Source: Tubulanus polymorphus
Taxonomy: Eukaryota > Animalia > Nemertea
Direction of reading: 5' to 3'
NCBI RefSeq assembly: GCF_964204645.1
Contig: NC_134028.1
Location: forward strand, 14,577,653-14,641,652
Length of the DNA: 64,000 bases
The position numbers and the translations under genes are program-made. Shown piece after piece: positions 62,191 to 64,000 of this stretch. The notes beneath the pieces are model-generated. The model was not told where the DNA came from. It did no database searches and saw nothing but the letters and a program-made list of their open reading frames with translations. Every line of letters begins with the position of its first letter. The first letter of the stretch is position 1.

Positions 62191-64000
62191 TGAACGCACA
62201 TACACACAGTTAATGTAAACAAATGAAATAAAGTTCAACTTATTAGCACTAATGCCGCTCGTATCCATTCGCCCTGCCTATTTTTTCTCAAGCTGCCTGG
62301 ACACTCTTATGTCTGCTGCGTAAAAATGGCTAGAGTCGGATTTGAACTCCATACCTACCCTTGAATTTTCCCGAGGAGCAATACACGCTACATAGTGAAA
62401 TTCCTTTATGTGTGCTAATAGGTTGAACAAGGAGAGAGTTGCACGAACGTTGGTTAAAGATAACCTCTGGATAAATATCATAACAACAATGGACTTGCAA
62501 TTGTCACCATGTCAGCTATCTGATAGTTATCTCTAACCAACGTATGCGTAACTGGCCCCTGCTGGGTATCTGTAGTATGCACCACGAACCGGTAGCTATA
62601 AAATACGGTCCAAATTTACAAATTTACTCAGGCATTTGCTCGGCCGAGCATTATATCAGAAAGTTGTTTACCCGGGTTGGTTGGTGAAAGAGTCAGTGAA
62701 AGTGCATACTGTAAATTGTTAAATGAATGAAACCATGCATGATGGAATAATTAAGCCAATTAAAGGTAATTCTCCCTGCATTTATTTGTTCACATGTATT
62801 TTTTATTACCTTGCGTTTTCGTGATACTAGGTGTAAGAATTTTGCTAGGTGAAATGTCTACTCCTTATTGAAAATCGAGTTGAAGTATGGCCACCAGGGT
62901 TGCCATCCATCTTGGATTTCTTTTCAGCACGATGCCTACACCAATTCTTGATGCCTTTTTACATGTAGTGTGATCTTTGGGGCAGCTAAAATTGGCTTGA
63001 CTTTTCATGTAAGGATATATTAACAGAAAATGGACATTATCACCACATAGCCTATACCATCTTAACTATTTTGAAACTTGTTACATCGTTACAATGTAAA
63101 TCTTTCTGTAAAAATTTGAATACTGAATCATTCTTCTACTGCGTCTTGAAGGTATAAGGCCTTGTTCTTTCATGTATTCCAAACAATTTGACAGTGCTTA
63201 ATATCATTTTAGTTTGTTATCGACCGACTACAGGATCGTGTGACTGTAAGCTTCATTTTGATGATTAATTTAAACTATGCATATTTTGTAGATTATCGGC
63301 CATTGTTTAGATACTTATTTAGCAAAGCTATTTTCTGTCCTATTCTCGAAGAATGGTCGACGTTGGAAATCCGGAACAGAGCGAAAGAGTAACGAGCGAA
63401 CTATTAGTTTGGAATATTAAAACTGGAATTGATATATTTTTAAACACAAACTATTTATATACATTGAGATACGAGACAGGTGGAGACATGGAAAATGATA
63501 GAAAAACAAAGGTGACGAGTAGTGACATGACAGAGACAAACAACGATCAACACATTCCGACACAGACAAACGGTCTCAGAGGACAATGGGTAATTAGATA
63601 GAGACATAAAACAATAAGGAGATATGAAATATAGATGAAATATGTATAACAATTATCAGTGACATTTAGTGTTGTTAAACTTACATCTGATGGTTGAGGG
63701 ACGCAACACATTTTCAACATTTCAAAGGTATGCTATCGAACTGTACATTAAAATGAAATGTAAAAAAAGTGGAATCTTTATCAAGATTTTCGTGAACATT
63801 TTACACGAGGAAATATTATTATCAAATAGATATTTTTTTTATTTTAAGGGCACTGTCTCGAACTTCTGTGAATCATTTTATTGAACAGGTGATTCCCCTA
63901 CATGTATTGCAGCGAAGCTGGAATGTATTTATCAGGCTACTCTCGTTCAACTGGAATGACGAGTTCATGTGTCCGAAATGTCTTTCCACTCCGCGTGTAA

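Noticed and set aside
63336-63664. Possible solo LTR (TGT...ACA, TATA-like motif on the - strand)
   Set aside because: The flanks TTTTC and TTTAG do not form a clean TSD and there is no second copy in the window.

Overview
This is AT-rich eukaryotic (invertebrate animal-like) genomic DNA, not prokaryotic, and most of the ORF track is noise. The only host gene I can support is a sphingosine kinase on +. It has one internal exon (19556-19776) and a long terminal exon (58715-59580), joined in frame across a ~38.9-kb phase-1 intron. Upstream exons were not found and probably lie before the window. The rest is a dense, nested set of mobile elements. These include a full-length but decayed Ty3/Gypsy LTR element (7140-14623, -) inside a head-to-head pair of HINE/DINE-like repeats, a structurally complete DIRS1-type element (20747-25429) and a two-gene PIF/Harbinger transposon (~39850-43009). 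There are also scattered Polinton/Maverick fragments (integrase, ATPase, capsid-like), an RTE-type LINE, BEL/Pao, CR1, hAT and Tc1 relics, a tRNA-derived SINE, two 9-bp-TSD TIR elements and several MITEs. The best leads are: (i) a decayed, apparently intronless three-OB-fold RPA1-like gene at 4257-5379; (ii) Harbinger Myb-gene exons that are all phase-1, stop-free and in sense inside the phase-1 SPHK intron; (iii) Polinton virion-module fragments, including two intact small ORFs. I found no demonstrably new biological system. All assignments are by-eye motif recognition without database searches.
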